In this document: positions 1-8,426 of the stretch, one piece after another | Numbering within the stretch: position 1 is the stretch's first letter | Layout of the letters: the number at the start of each line of letters is the position of its first letter | Assembly (NCBI GenBank): GCA_039024635.1 | Contig: JBCCQA010000021.1 | Location: 16,942-80,941 of the forward strand | Length of the DNA: 64,000 nucleotides | Reading direction: 5' to 3' | Source of the DNA: Myxococcota bacterium | GTDB lineage: Bacteria > Myxococcota > Kuafuiibacteriia > Kuafuiibacteriales > Kuafuiibacteriaceae | The notes under the pieces: model-generated | Database searches by the model: none | Seen by the model: the letters and a program-made list of their open reading frames with translations, nothing else | What the model was told of the DNA's origin: nothing | Translations under genes and position numbers: made by a program

Positions 1-729
1 GAGACCTCGGCCAAGAAGAAGGCGGAAGGAAAGCCAGTGGAGATCGGCGACGTCTGCTTCAAGCGTGGCGGCGTTTTTGCCATGGAGCTCGGTGGCCCCG
101 AAGTGGGTCGAGGCTGCGGGGGGCGCGGCATCATCCATGGCTTCGAGACCTTGGAGAAGCTGGGCTTCAACGACTGGGACTTCGACTTCGTACTCCTCGA
201 CTTCCTGGGCGACGTGGTGTGCGGCGGCTTCGGTCTGCCTATCGCACGGGACATGTGCCAGAAGGTCATCGTCGTCGGCAGCAACGACCTTCAGTCGCTG
301 TACGTGGCCAACAACGTTTGTTCGGCCACACAGTACTTCCGCAAGCTGGGAGGCCACGTCGGCGTGGCGGGCATGGTCGTGAACAAGGACGACGGCACTG
401 GTGAGGCCAAGGCCTTTGCCGAGTCGGTGGGTATCCCGGTCCTAGCGGCCATTCCGGCTGACGAGGACATCCGTCGAAAGAGCGCCAACTACCAAATCGT
501 GGGCGAGCCCGGAGGCAAGTGGGGTCCGCTATTCGAACAGTTGGCGACCAACATTGCCGGCTCTCAGCCGCTTCATCCCAACCCCCTCGATCAGGACGGC
601 CTTCTTGGCCTCTTCGACGGCGACCAAGTCGGACGGGACGTCGTCCTGGAGCCTGCCACCATCGAGGATCTTCAAGGACCCCAAGCCAAAAAACGACGCT
701 CTCTCGAGGTCATCTACGACGACGTATGA
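1..729 (+). CDS. bchX: Chlorophyllide a reductase iron protein subunit X (NifH/BchL-like ATPase), 5'-partial (gene begins upstream of window)
   Basis: Open frame from nt 1. NifH/BchL/BchX-family hallmarks in translation (CGGFGLP, KVIVVGSNDLQSLYVANN). Called X rather than L because it is directly followed by bchY and bchZ and then the puf genes. Confidence 0.75.
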   Translation, partial: ETSAKKKAEGKPVEIGDVCFKRGGVFAMELGGPEVGRGCGGRGIIHGFETLEKLGFNDWDFDFVLLDFLGDVVCGGFGLPIARDMCQKVIVVGSNDLQSLYVANNVCSATQYFRKLGGHVGVAGMVVNKDDGTGEAKAFAESVGIPVLAAIPADEDIRRKSANYQIVGEPGGKWGPLFEQLATNIAGSQPLHPNPLDQDGLLGLFDGDQVGRDVVLEPATIEDLQGPQAKKRRSLEVIYDDV

Positions 730-2237
730 GTACCAAGACGCTACTTCCGATCGTTGAGGAGGGGGGCTGCCACGGCGGCCGGGAACGGCTGCAAGAGGCC
801 GCCAAGGCTGCGGGTCAAAGCGAGCTCTTGAAGCGCTTCGCCGAGGACTATCCGATGGGCCCACATGACCAGCCCCAGAGCATGTGCCCGGCCTTCGGCT
901 CCTTGCGGGTCGGCCTGCGCATGCGTCGGACGGCCACCATTCTCTCTGGCTCGGCCTGTTGCGTCTATGGCCTCACCTTCACCTCTCACTTCTACGGTGC
1001 GCGAAGGACAGTGGGCTACGTCCCCTTCGACTCCGAGACTTTGGTGACGGGGAAGCTGTATGAGGACATCCGCGAGGCCGTGTTCCAACTCGCCGACCCT
1101 GATCGCTACGACGCGATCGTCGTGACCAACCTGTGCGTGCCCACGGCCTCGGGTGTGCCCCTGCGACTGCTCCCGCGCGAGATCAACGGAGTCAGGATCG
1201 TCGGCATCGACGTGCCCGGTTTCGGGGTCCCGACCCACGCCGAAGCCAAGGACGTCCTGGCGGGCGCCATGCTGGCCTATGCTCGTAGTGAAGCCGAAGA
1301 GGGTCCGGTCGCGACACCGAGGGAAGGCATTCAGGAGACGCCCAGCGTCGCTCTGTTGGGGGAGATGTTTCCCGTCGATCCCGTGACCATCGGGCGACTT
1401 GTCGAGCCCCTCGGGCTGGCGGCCGGCCCGGTCGTTCCCACGCGAGAGTGGCGAGAGCAATACGCGGCGCTCGATTGCGTGGTGGCGGCCGCGATCCATC
1501 CCTTCTACCAGGCCACGGTTCGAGAGTTCCGTGCCGCGGGTCGTCCTGTCTTCGGATCGGCCCCGGTGGGGCGCGAAGGTACCGCTGAATGGTTGCGCGC
1601 CTTGGCCGAGCAGGTCGGCGCGCCCGCCACCCAACTGGCAAAAGCTCATGATTCGGCCCTTCCGGCCGTGGAGGGCGCCTTGGCCGCAGCTCCGATCAAG
1701 GGTCGGATGACCTTGTCGGGTTACGAAGGCTCGGAGCTCATCGTGGCCCGGCTGCTGGTGGAGAGCGGCGCGGACCTCCGTTACGTCGGGACCGCGTGTC
1801 CGCGGACCGAGTGGTCGGACGGGGATCGCCAATGGCTCGAGAGCAAGGGCGTTCGGGTGCAGTATCGGGCCTCGCTCGAGCAGGACCTGGCGGCGATGGC
1901 GGAGTTCGAGCCAGAGCTCGTGGTGGGGACCACGCCCGTCGTCCAGAAGGCCAAGGAGCAGGGAACGCCGGCGCTGTACTTCACCAACCTCATTTCCGCC
2001 CGACCCCTGATGGGTGCAGCCGGCGCCGGCTCGGTGGCCAGCGTTCTCGCCGCTGCGCTCTCGAACCGGAGTCGGATGGCCCACATGAAGGCTTTCTTCG
2101 AAGGCGTCGGGACCGAGCATGCGGCGGGCGTTTGGGAGTCGGTTCCCGAAGACCGACCCTCCTTCCGAAAGCGACATCTGGCGAAGGTCGCCAAGTCCAA
2201 CGGGGCCAAGGTGAAGGAGGCGACCAAATGCTCGTGA
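726..2237 (+). CDS. bchY: Chlorophyllide a reductase subunit Y
   Basis: Track ORF 519..2237. Proposed start is ATG at 726 ([14 protein letters not shown]...), which overlaps the bchX stop in an ATGA arrangement and gives ~503 aa. NifD/K-like fold ([12 protein letters not shown]). Sits between bchX and bchZ. Confidence 0.75.
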   Translation: MSTKTLLPIVEEGGCHGGRERLQEAAKAAGQSELLKRFAEDYPMGPHDQPQSMCPAFGSLRVGLRMRRTATILSGSACCVYGLTFTSHFYGARRTVGYVPFDSETLVTGKLYEDIREAVFQLADPDRYDAIVVTNLCVPTASGVPLRLLPREINGVRIVGIDVPGFGVPTHAEAKDVLAGAMLAYARSEAEEGPVATPREGIQETPSVALLGEMFPVDPVTIGRLVEPLGLAAGPVVPTREWREQYAALDCVVAAAIHPFYQATVREFRAAGRPVFGSAPVGREGTAEWLRALAEQVGAPATQLAKAHDSALPAVEGALAAAPIKGRMTLSGYEGSELIVARLLVESGADLRYVGTACPRTEWSDGDRQWLESKGVRVQYRASLEQDLAAMAEFEPELVVGTTPVVQKAKEQGTPALYFTNLISARPLMGAAGAGSVASVLAAALSNRSRMAHMKAFFEGVGTEHAAGVWESVPEDRPSFRKRHLAKVAKSNGAKVKEATKCS

Positions 2238-3673
2238 TGGATCACGACCGCGCTGGCGGCTACTGGGGCGCCGTCTACGTGTTCTCAGCCGTCAAAGGCC
2301 TGCAGGTCATCATCGATGGGCCGGTCGGGTGTGAGAACCTGCCGGTCACTTCGGTTCTGCACTACACGGACGGGCTTCCTCCCCACGAGCTGCCAGTCGT
2401 CGTCACTGGCCTCGCTGAAGAGGAGCTGGGCCAGAAAGGGACCGAGGACGCCATGCGACGGGCCCACGAGGTGTTGGATCCCTCTCTACCCAGCGTGGTG
2501 GTCACGGGCTCGATCGCGGAAATGATCGGAGGCGGGGTGACGCCGGAAGGCACCGGCATCCATCGTTTTCTGCCTCGCACCATCGACGAAGATCAGTGGC
2601 AGAGCGCGGACCGGGCTCTGTTCTGGTTGTGGACCCAGTACGGCGCCAAGAACGGGAAGATGCCCAAGGCGAAGAAGGGACCCGAAGGAGCCAAGCCCCG
2701 CGTCAACATCATCGGGCCGGCCTACGGCTACTTCAACACTTGGTCCGACTTGGCCGAGATCCGCAGGCTGGTGGAGGGGCTCGGAGCCGAGGTCAACATG
2801 GTGTTCCCGTTGGGCACCCATCTCGAGGACGTGCCTCGGCTGGTGGACGCCGACGCCAACGTTTGCATGTACCGGGAGTATGGACGGCTCCTATGCGAAG
2901 AGCTGGACCGACCGTACTTTCAAGCGCCGATCGGTCTGCACAGCACGACAGCCTTCCTCGAGTCCCTGGGCGACGCCCTGGGCTTGGAATCGGCCCCCTT
3001 CATCGAGAAGGAGAAGCACACCACCATAAAGCCGGTTTGGGATCTCTGGCGTTCGGTCACCCAGGACTTCTTTGGAACGGCTAGCTTCGGGGTGTCGGCC
3101 AACGAGACCTACACTCGTGGGCTACGCTACTTCTTGGAGGAGGAACTCGGGCTACCCTGCCATTTCGCCTTCGGCCGTAGCGCAGGTGTGAAGCCCGACA
3201 ACGCCACCATTCGAGAGGCCATCCAGAGCAAGCCTCCGCTGATCATCTTCGGGTCTTACAACGAGCGCATGTACATGGCGGAGACCGGCGCCCGTTCGGT
3301 CTACATACCGGCTTCCTTTCCAGGCACGGCCATCCGTCGCCATACCGGTACGCCGTTCATGGGCTATGCGGGCGCGACCTACCTACTGCAGGAGGTGTGC
3401 AATGCGCTGTTCGACGCCCTCTTCCACATCCTTCCTCTTTCCACCGATCTCGACCGGATCGAAGCGACGCCAACCCGCGCCTCTTTGCCCTGGGACGAGG
3501 ACGCGAGATCTGCCCTCGATCGCCTGCTGGAGCAGGTCCCCATATTGACTCGCATCTCGGCTGCCAAGGGTTGGCGAGATGCCATCGAACAAGAGGCCCG
3601 TCGGCGTGGTGACGCCCGAGTCTCGAACGAAGTCCTCGAGGTGGTTCGCGCCACCCGGGAAAGGGTCGCCTAG
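2228..3673 (+). CDS. bchZ: Chlorophyllide a reductase subunit Z
   Basis: Internal start [19 protein letters not shown] at 2228 within track ORF 1796..3673, overlapping the bchY stop by 10 nt; ~481 aa. NifK/BchB-like N-terminus (PVGCENLPV). Position is typical of bchXYZ. Confidence 0.75.
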   Translation: MLVMDHDRAGGYWGAVYVFSAVKGLQVIIDGPVGCENLPVTSVLHYTDGLPPHELPVVVTGLAEEELGQKGTEDAMRRAHEVLDPSLPSVVVTGSIAEMIGGGVTPEGTGIHRFLPRTIDEDQWQSADRALFWLWTQYGAKNGKMPKAKKGPEGAKPRVNIIGPAYGYFNTWSDLAEIRRLVEGLGAEVNMVFPLGTHLEDVPRLVDADANVCMYREYGRLLCEELDRPYFQAPIGLHSTTAFLESLGDALGLESAPFIEKEKHTTIKPVWDLWRSVTQDFFGTASFGVSANETYTRGLRYFLEEELGLPCHFAFGRSAGVKPDNATIREAIQSKPPLIIFGSYNERMYMAETGARSVYIPASFPGTAIRRHTGTPFMGYAGATYLLQEVCNALFDALFHILPLSTDLDRIEATPTRASLPWDEDARSALDRLLEQVPILTRISAAKGWRDAIEQEARRRGDARVSNEVLEVVRATRERVA

Positions 3674-3694
3674 GCCCGTCATGGAGAAATTGCG

Positions 3695-3907
3695 ATGTAC
3701 GAAACGAGTGTAGCGACGACACGAACGAGGAGGATCTCGGAGGAGCGCCAGTACCGCTTGTACTACGCGTTGGGATTCATCACGGCTTTGCCTGTGGTCG
3801 CGCTCTCACGCCTCGTCCCCCGTCGGCGCGGGACGGCGAGGTCGACCGTTCTCGAAGAGACCCATGCCCATGTCCACAACGTCCTGGCCTTCGTCTTCAT
3901 GGCGTGA
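3695..3907 (+). CDS. pufQ: PufQ-like small membrane protein (70 aa)
   Basis: Sits exactly in the bchZ-pufB gap where pufQ lies in Rhodobacter. GGAGA 8 nt upstream of the ATG. One hydrophobic helix followed by RRRG (EexYRLYYALGFITALPVVALSRLVPRRR), which resembles the PufQ core as I remember it (E-x-ALYFSLILIVAVPFALVGWV-x-RERR). Confidence 0.45.
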   Translation: MYETSVATTRTRRISEERQYRLYYALGFITALPVVALSRLVPRRRGTARSTVLEETHAHVHNVLAFVFMA

Positions 3908-3942
3908 GGCAGGAGTCCGACTTCTGTCGGATCCAGGAAAAC

Positions 3943-3964
3943 GTCGTGGGCAGGGGCCCACGAC
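3943..3964 (+). promoter_or_regulatory. Stable GC hairpin (9-bp stem GTCGTGGGC/GCCCACGAC, 4-nt loop) in the pufQ-pufB spacer, ~50 nt upstream of the pufB start
   Basis: A perfect inverted repeat can be read directly in the sequence. Position is analogous to the 5'-UTR stability and processing structures of puf mRNA. Confidence 0.35.
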
Positions 3965-4012
3965 ATCATCCCGCATCGAGAGGTGCGGGGCGCCGAGAGG
4001 TTGAGAATAACA

Positions 4013-4228
4013 ATGAGTGAGAAAGGACTGTTTGCCCAATCGGGTATGACGGAGGCGGAAGCCAAGGAGCTCCACGGGTATTTTACGACGTGGTTTGGCG
4101 TCTATCTGGCGTTCGCCATCATCGCCCACGCGCTGATGTACTTTTGGCGTCCGTGGATCCGACCGACTGAGCGAGCGATGTTGGAAGGGGCCGAGGTCGT
4201 ATCCTCGGTCGTCAACATCCTGACCTAG
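4013..4228 (+). CDS. pufB: Light-harvesting complex 1 beta polypeptide
   Basis: Start at internal ATG 4013 (MSEKGLFAQSGMTEAEAKELHGYF...) of track ORF 3983..4228, with GAGG upstream. Single TM helix containing the conserved His (AIIAHALMYFWRPWI), the classic LH1-beta C-terminus. Confidence 0.85.
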   Translation: MSEKGLFAQSGMTEAEAKELHGYFTTWFGVYLAFAIIAHALMYFWRPWIRPTERAMLEGAEVVSSVVNILT

Positions 4229-4241
4229 GAGACTGCATACC

Positions 4242-4439
4242 ATGTGGAAAGTTTGGATGGTTTTCGATCCGCGCCAGGCCATTGTTGGCTTGTTCACCTT
4301 TTTGGGGATCCTGGCGTTTTCGATTCATTTCCTGCTGCTCAGTACGGACCGGTACAACTGGCTCGACCAGCCGCCGGGAACTGACACGGGCGCGACGGCG
4401 GCAAATCACAACAGTGGCTTGCCGACGGGTTACCGCTGA
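4242..4439 (+). CDS. pufA: Light-harvesting complex 1 alpha polypeptide
   Basis: MWKVWMVFDPRQAIVGLFTFLGILAFSIHFLLLSTDRYNWL matches the LH1-alpha consensus (MWRIWQLFDPRQ...LIHFILLST.RFNWL). GGAG RBS. Lies 13 nt after pufB. Confidence 0.85.
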   Translation: MWKVWMVFDPRQAIVGLFTFLGILAFSIHFLLLSTDRYNWLDQPPGTDTGATAANHNSGLPTGYR

Positions 4440-4448
4440 AAGGCGAGA

Positions 4449-4479
4449 GGTGACGGACGCCTTTCGGGCGTCCGTCGCC
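4449..4479 (+). promoter_or_regulatory. pufA-pufL intercistronic stem-loop (core GACGGACGCC-tttcg-GGCGTCCGTC)
   Basis: Perfect 10-bp GC-rich inverted repeat 10 nt after the pufA stop and before the pufL RBS (GAGGAG). Classic position of the mRNA-stabilising hairpin that sets the LH1:RC transcript ratio in purple bacteria. Confidence 0.5.
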
Positions 4480-4504
4480 TCGTTATGACGAGGAGACTCC
4501 GGTC

Positions 4505-5329
4505 ATGGCTTTGCTGAGCTTCGAAAAAAAATATCGCGTCCGCGGAGGCACGCTGATTGGCGGCGACCTGTTCGACTTTTGGGTTGGCCCCTTTTACGTC
4601 GGCTTCTTTGGCGTAACGACAATCTTCTTCACCGTCCTCGGCACGGCCTTGATCATTTGGGATGGTTCGATGGGACCGACTTGGAATCCCTGGATTCTGA
4701 ACATCGAGCCACCGCCCCTGAAATACGGCTTGGGATTCGCGCCGTTGGAGGAAGGGGGCATCTGGCAATTGGTGACCATCTGCGCGACGGGCGCCTTTAC
4801 GTCTTGGGCCCTTCGGCAGGCCGAGATCGCGCGCAAGTTGGGGATGGGCTACCACATCTCCATCGCCTACGGCACGGCCGTCTTTGCCTACGTCACGCTG
4901 GTCATCTTCAGACCACTACTCTTGGGCGCTTGGGGCCACGGCTTTCCGTACGGTGTGTTTCCGCACTTGGACTGGGTGTCGAACGTCGGCTACCAGTACC
5001 TGCACTTCCACTACAACCCAGCCCACATGATCGCGGTCAGCTTCTTCTTCACGACCACTTTCGCGTTGGCCCTTCACGGTGGCTTGATTCTGTCCACGGT
5101 CAACCCGATGGCAGGCGAGCCGGTTCGTTGCGCCGAGCACGAAGACAACTTCTTCCGTGACTTCATCGGCTACTCCATCGGCGCCGTCGGCATTCATCGC
5201 CTTGGGTTGTTCCTCGCCTTGAGCGCGGGGGTCTGGAGCGCAATCTGCATCATCATCAGCGGTCCGCTTTGGACCCGAGGTTGGCCCGAGTGGTGGGTCT
5301 GGTGGCTCGAGCTGCCGATTTGGAGTTGA
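4505..5329 (+). CDS. pufL: Photosynthetic reaction centre L subunit
   Basis: 274 aa. [37 protein letters not shown]-terminus with five TM helices and conserved His ligands, typical PufL. Confidence 0.9.
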   Translation: MALLSFEKKYRVRGGTLIGGDLFDFWVGPFYVGFFGVTTIFFTVLGTALIIWDGSMGPTWNPWILNIEPPPLKYGLGFAPLEEGGIWQLVTICATGAFTSWALRQAEIARKLGMGYHISIAYGTAVFAYVTLVIFRPLLLGAWGHGFPYGVFPHLDWVSNVGYQYLHFHYNPAHMIAVSFFFTTTFALALHGGLILSTVNPMAGEPVRCAEHEDNFFRDFIGYSIGAVGIHRLGLFLALSAGVWSAICIIISGPLWTRGWPEWWVWWLELPIWS

Positions 5330-5333
5330 GACA

Positions 5334-6308
5334 ATGATGAGGGAGTATCAAAACATCTTCACCCAGATTCAGGTGAAGGGTCCGTCGGATATCGTTCCGA
5401 TCGAAGAGGGCATCTATCCGCGCTTCGACAAGAAGATGGTGATCCACTTGCTGGGGCGGATCGGCAGCGCGCAGATTGGTCAGGTATATCTCGGCTGGTT
5501 CGGCATCACCTCCGGGCTGTGCTTCTTGATCGCCTTCGAGATCATCGGCCTCAACATGTGGGCCTCGGTGAACTGGGACCCCATCGAGTTTGTGCGACAG
5601 CTTCCATGGCTAGCGCTCGAACCCCCACCGCCCTCGAACGGTCTCAAATTCCCGCCCATGAATGCCGGAGGTTGGTGGCTCATGGCCGGCTTCTTCCTGA
5701 CCGCTTCTCTCATCCTCTGGTGGTTCCGCACCTATCGACGGGCGAGGGCGCTCGGGATGGGCACCGACGTCGCTTGGGCCTTCCTGGCAGCCATTTGGCT
5801 CTACTTGGTCTTGGGCTTCTTTCGACCCATCGCGATGGGAACCTGGGGCGAGGCCGTGCCTTTCGGGCTGTTCCCTCATCTGGATTGGACGGCGGCCTTT
5901 TCGCTCCGCTACGGCAACCTGTTCTACAATCCCTTCCACGCGCTCTCCATCGTGTTCCTCTACGGCTCGACACTGTTGTTCGCGATGCATGGCGCAACGG
6001 TGCTTGCGCTTGGACACCTAGGCGGTGAGCGGGAGATCGGTCAGATTACGGACCCTGGAACGGCTGCCGAACGCTCGGCTTTGTTCTGGCGCTGGTGCAT
6101 GGGCTTCAACGCGACCTTCGAGTCCATTCATCGCTGGGCTTGGTGGTTTGCCGTCTTGTGCTCAGTGACCGGGGGTATAGGAATTCTGTTGACGGGGACG
6201 GTGGTCGACAACTGGTACCTTTGGGCCGTCAAGCACGGTTTCGCCATTGAGTATCCGACCGTCTATCCAGTCCTCCCCGACCCGGGTCTGACCGAGGTGA
6301 CGCAATGA
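5334..6308 (+). CDS. pufM: Photosynthetic reaction centre M subunit
   Basis: 324 aa. [16 protein letters not shown] N-terminus, typical PufM. It is a separate gene from pufL, i.e. the proteobacterial-type arrangement rather than the fused L-M gene. Confidence 0.9.
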   Translation: MMREYQNIFTQIQVKGPSDIVPIEEGIYPRFDKKMVIHLLGRIGSAQIGQVYLGWFGITSGLCFLIAFEIIGLNMWASVNWDPIEFVRQLPWLALEPPPPSNGLKFPPMNAGGWWLMAGFFLTASLILWWFRTYRRARALGMGTDVAWAFLAAIWLYLVLGFFRPIAMGTWGEAVPFGLFPHLDWTAAFSLRYGNLFYNPFHALSIVFLYGSTLLFAMHGATVLALGHLGGEREIGQITDPGTAAERSALFWRWCMGFNATFESIHRWAWWFAVLCSVTGGIGILLTGTVVDNWYLWAVKHGFAIEYPTVYPVLPDPGLTEVTQ

Positions 6309-7477
6309 AGCCACTGAAGATCTCGATGAAGGAATTCTACATCCTGCTCGGCGGGGCCCTCTCCGTGGTGGTGACGGTCCTGATCTGGAACTTCTCTGCA
6401 CCACCGATCAGCGTGGTGCAGGTCGGTCCTGACGGCGCGGCGATGGAGATCGTCATCAACGAGGAGACCTTGGCGGAAATTGAGAGGGTCAACAACGAGT
6501 ACCCGCCGTCCATCCCGCCGGCGAGTCCGGACGGACCGAGGGCCTCGGAGGTGTATCAGAACGTCCAAGTCCTCGGTGACCTGTCGACGGGTCAGTTCAC
6601 CCGTTTGATGCTCGCCATTACCCAGTGGGTGGCGCCCAAGGAAGGACCGGAGAGCCAGGTCGGGTGCAACTACTGCCACAACGCCGCCAACATGGCTTCG
6701 GATGAAAAGTACGCGAAGCATGTTGCACGGCGGATGATTCAGATGACCCAGCACATCAACGCGGAATGGAAGTCCCACGTTGGGAACGTGGGCGCGACCT
6801 GCTACACTTGCCACCGCGGTCAGCCGGTGCCGTCCTACGTTTGGTACAAAGAGCCGCCTCACGCGCAGGAGGCTCGAGGAGCTGGCGGCCGAGCGCAGCA
6901 GAATCGGGCCAGCGCGGCGGTGGGTCTCGCTTCGCTTCCAGGCAACGTGTTCGAGACGTATCTGCTGGAGGACAACAACATCCGGGTGATCGGCCACACA
7001 CCGCTACCGACCGGCAACAGCTCTTCCATCAAGCAGACGGAGTGGACCTACGGGCTGATGATGCACTTCTCGAACGCGCTCGGCGTAAACTGCACCTACT
7101 GTCACAACAGTCGAGCGATGGCGATGTGGAACCAAAGCCCTCCGGCTCGGGCCAAGGCTTGGTACGCGATCCGGATGTTGCGTAGCGTGAACGGCGAGTA
7201 CACGGCGCCGTTGGTGGATCGCTATCCGGATTACCGCCTGGGTCCGACGGGGGACGCGCCCAAGGCCAACTGCTATACCTGTCACCAGGGGGCGTATCAG
7301 CCGATGCTGGGCTACAAGATGTTGGAGGACTACCCGTCGCTCTCGGCCCCCGACTACTACGCCGAGTACGCCAACGAGTACCGGAAGAAGGAGAAGGCCA
7401 AAGCGGAGGCGGCGGCCGCGCTAGAGGCGCAGGAAGAGGCGGGCGAGGACGGCGAGGCAGCGCCGGTGGCCAACTGA
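6305..7477 (+). CDS. pufC: Reaction-centre tetrahaem cytochrome c subunit
   Basis: ATGA overlap with the pufM stop. Four CxxCH motifs (CNYCH, CYTCH, CTYCH, CYTCH). N-terminal hydrophobic anchor. Unusual ~45-aa acidic Ala/Glu/Lys-rich C-terminal tail. Confidence 0.85.
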   Translation: MKPLKISMKEFYILLGGALSVVVTVLIWNFSAPPISVVQVGPDGAAMEIVINEETLAEIERVNNEYPPSIPPASPDGPRASEVYQNVQVLGDLSTGQFTRLMLAITQWVAPKEGPESQVGCNYCHNAANMASDEKYAKHVARRMIQMTQHINAEWKSHVGNVGATCYTCHRGQPVPSYVWYKEPPHAQEARGAGGRAQQNRASAAVGLASLPGNVFETYLLEDNNIRVIGHTPLPTGNSSSIKQTEWTYGLMMHFSNALGVNCTYCHNSRAMAMWNQSPPARAKAWYAIRMLRSVNGEYTAPLVDRYPDYRLGPTGDAPKANCYTCHQGAYQPMLGYKMLEDYPSLSAPDYYAEYANEYRKKEKAKAEAAAALEAQEEAGEDGEAAPVAN

Positions 7478-7502
7478 GTCTGGGCGGGCGACCGGGTGAC
7501 AA

Positions 7503-7535
7503 GGGCGGAGTCTTTCGACTCCGCCCTTTTTTTTT
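7503..7535 (+). terminator. Rho-independent terminator (GGGCGGAGTC-tttc-GACTCCGCCC followed by T9)
   Basis: Perfect 10-bp GC stem plus a run of nine T residues, 26 nt after the pufC stop. Confidence 0.75.
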
Positions 7536-7769
7536 GCCTCGGGTGGCCGATGAATGACCTGGTCGGATGTGGCCGATTTGGGGCCGAATTCGTGGTCCGG
7601 TTCGGGTTCGAGTGCCGAAGTTCGAATCGTGCCTCTACGCCGGGGAATGCGGCATTTTGTGCGAAATTTCCTTAGTGCTGATGCGCTTGCAGGCCCCAAT
7701 GGCCGGTGCTAGCTTCCGCGACGCTTTGGGCGGATCCCTGGGCTCCACTCAAGCGAGAAGGGTCGAATC

Positions 7770-8426
7770 GTGAGTCATACCTTCCCTCGTTGGACGAATA
7801 AGATTCCAACCATCGTCGCCCTGGCGGTTCCGGTCATCGGAGTCGGGGTCGTCTTCGGCATGCTGTACTGGTTTTCCCCGTACTTTACCGACGTGGGGTA
7901 CATGCCGACGCAGCCCGTGCCGTACAGCCACAAGCTTCACGCGGGCAAGTTGGGCATCGATTGCCGTTACTGTCACAACACGGTCGAGAAGGCGGCCTAC
8001 GCCGCAGTTCCGCCCGCTGAAACGTGCATGAACTGCCATGCTTATGTGAAGAAGAACAGCGAGAAGCTGGCGCTGGTTCGACAATCCTACGAGACCGGCG
8101 AATCCATACCGTGGATCAAGGTTCACCAGCTCCCTGACTATTCCTACTTCGCCCATGACGTCCATGTGACGGCGGGCGTCGGTTGTGAGACCTGTCACGG
8201 GCGGATCGACCAGATGGAGAAGGTCGCCCTGCATTCGCCTCTCTCCATGGGTTGGTGTCTGCGCTGCCACCGCAACCCGGAGCCCAACCTTCGTCCCATC
8301 TCGGAGATCACGACTATGGGTTGGGAGGACTCGCCCGAGGCTGCCGAATACGACTGGGCCTCCGATCCCCACCGAATCCGCAACAACTTGCAGCCTCCTC
8401 AAAACTGCTCGGGGTGCCACCGATGA
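7770..8426 (+). CDS. actA: Alternative complex III subunit ActA (membrane-anchored pentahaem cytochrome c)
   Basis: GTG start at 7770. N-terminal TM helix. Five CxxCH motifs (CRYCH, CMNCH, CETCH, CLRCH, CSGCH). First gene of the six-gene act operon. Confidence 0.8.
   Translation: MSHTFPRWTNKIPTIVALAVPVIGVGVVFGMLYWFSPYFTDVGYMPTQPVPYSHKLHAGKLGIDCRYCHNTVEKAAYAAVPPAETCMNCHAYVKKNSEKLALVRQSYETGESIPWIKVHQLPDYSYFAHDVHVTAGVGCETCHGRIDQMEKVALHSPLSMGWCLRCHRNPEPNLRPISEITTMGWEDSPEAAEYDWASDPHRIRNNLQPPQNCSGCHR

Noticed and set aside
519-725. N-terminal 69-codon extension of the track ORF for bchY overlapping bchX
   Set aside because: Arg/Pro/Ser-rich, overlaps the well-supported bchX C-terminus. The ATG at 726 gives a BchY-like N-terminus with ATGA coupling.
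741-2177. 478-aa antisense ORF inside bchY. There are similar long antisense ORFs at 9773-11569 (inside actB), 35830-36888 and 39651-40808.
   Set aside because: Typical high-GC antisense artefacts. Translations are Arg/Gly/Pro-rich with no motifs and lie fully inside strongly supported sense-strand genes.
3674-4012. Searched puf and act upstream regions (also 7536-7769) for PpsR/CrtJ palindromes TGT-N12-ACA and FNR-type TTGAT-N4-ATCAA boxes
   Set aside because: No match with the required spacing found by eye, so not reported as a feature. The true puf promoter may lie upstream of bchX outside the window.
8252-8422. Upstream extension of the actB ORF inside actA
   Set aside because: It is the alternate frame of the actA C-terminus. 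The twin-arginine signal peptide begins at ATG 8423.
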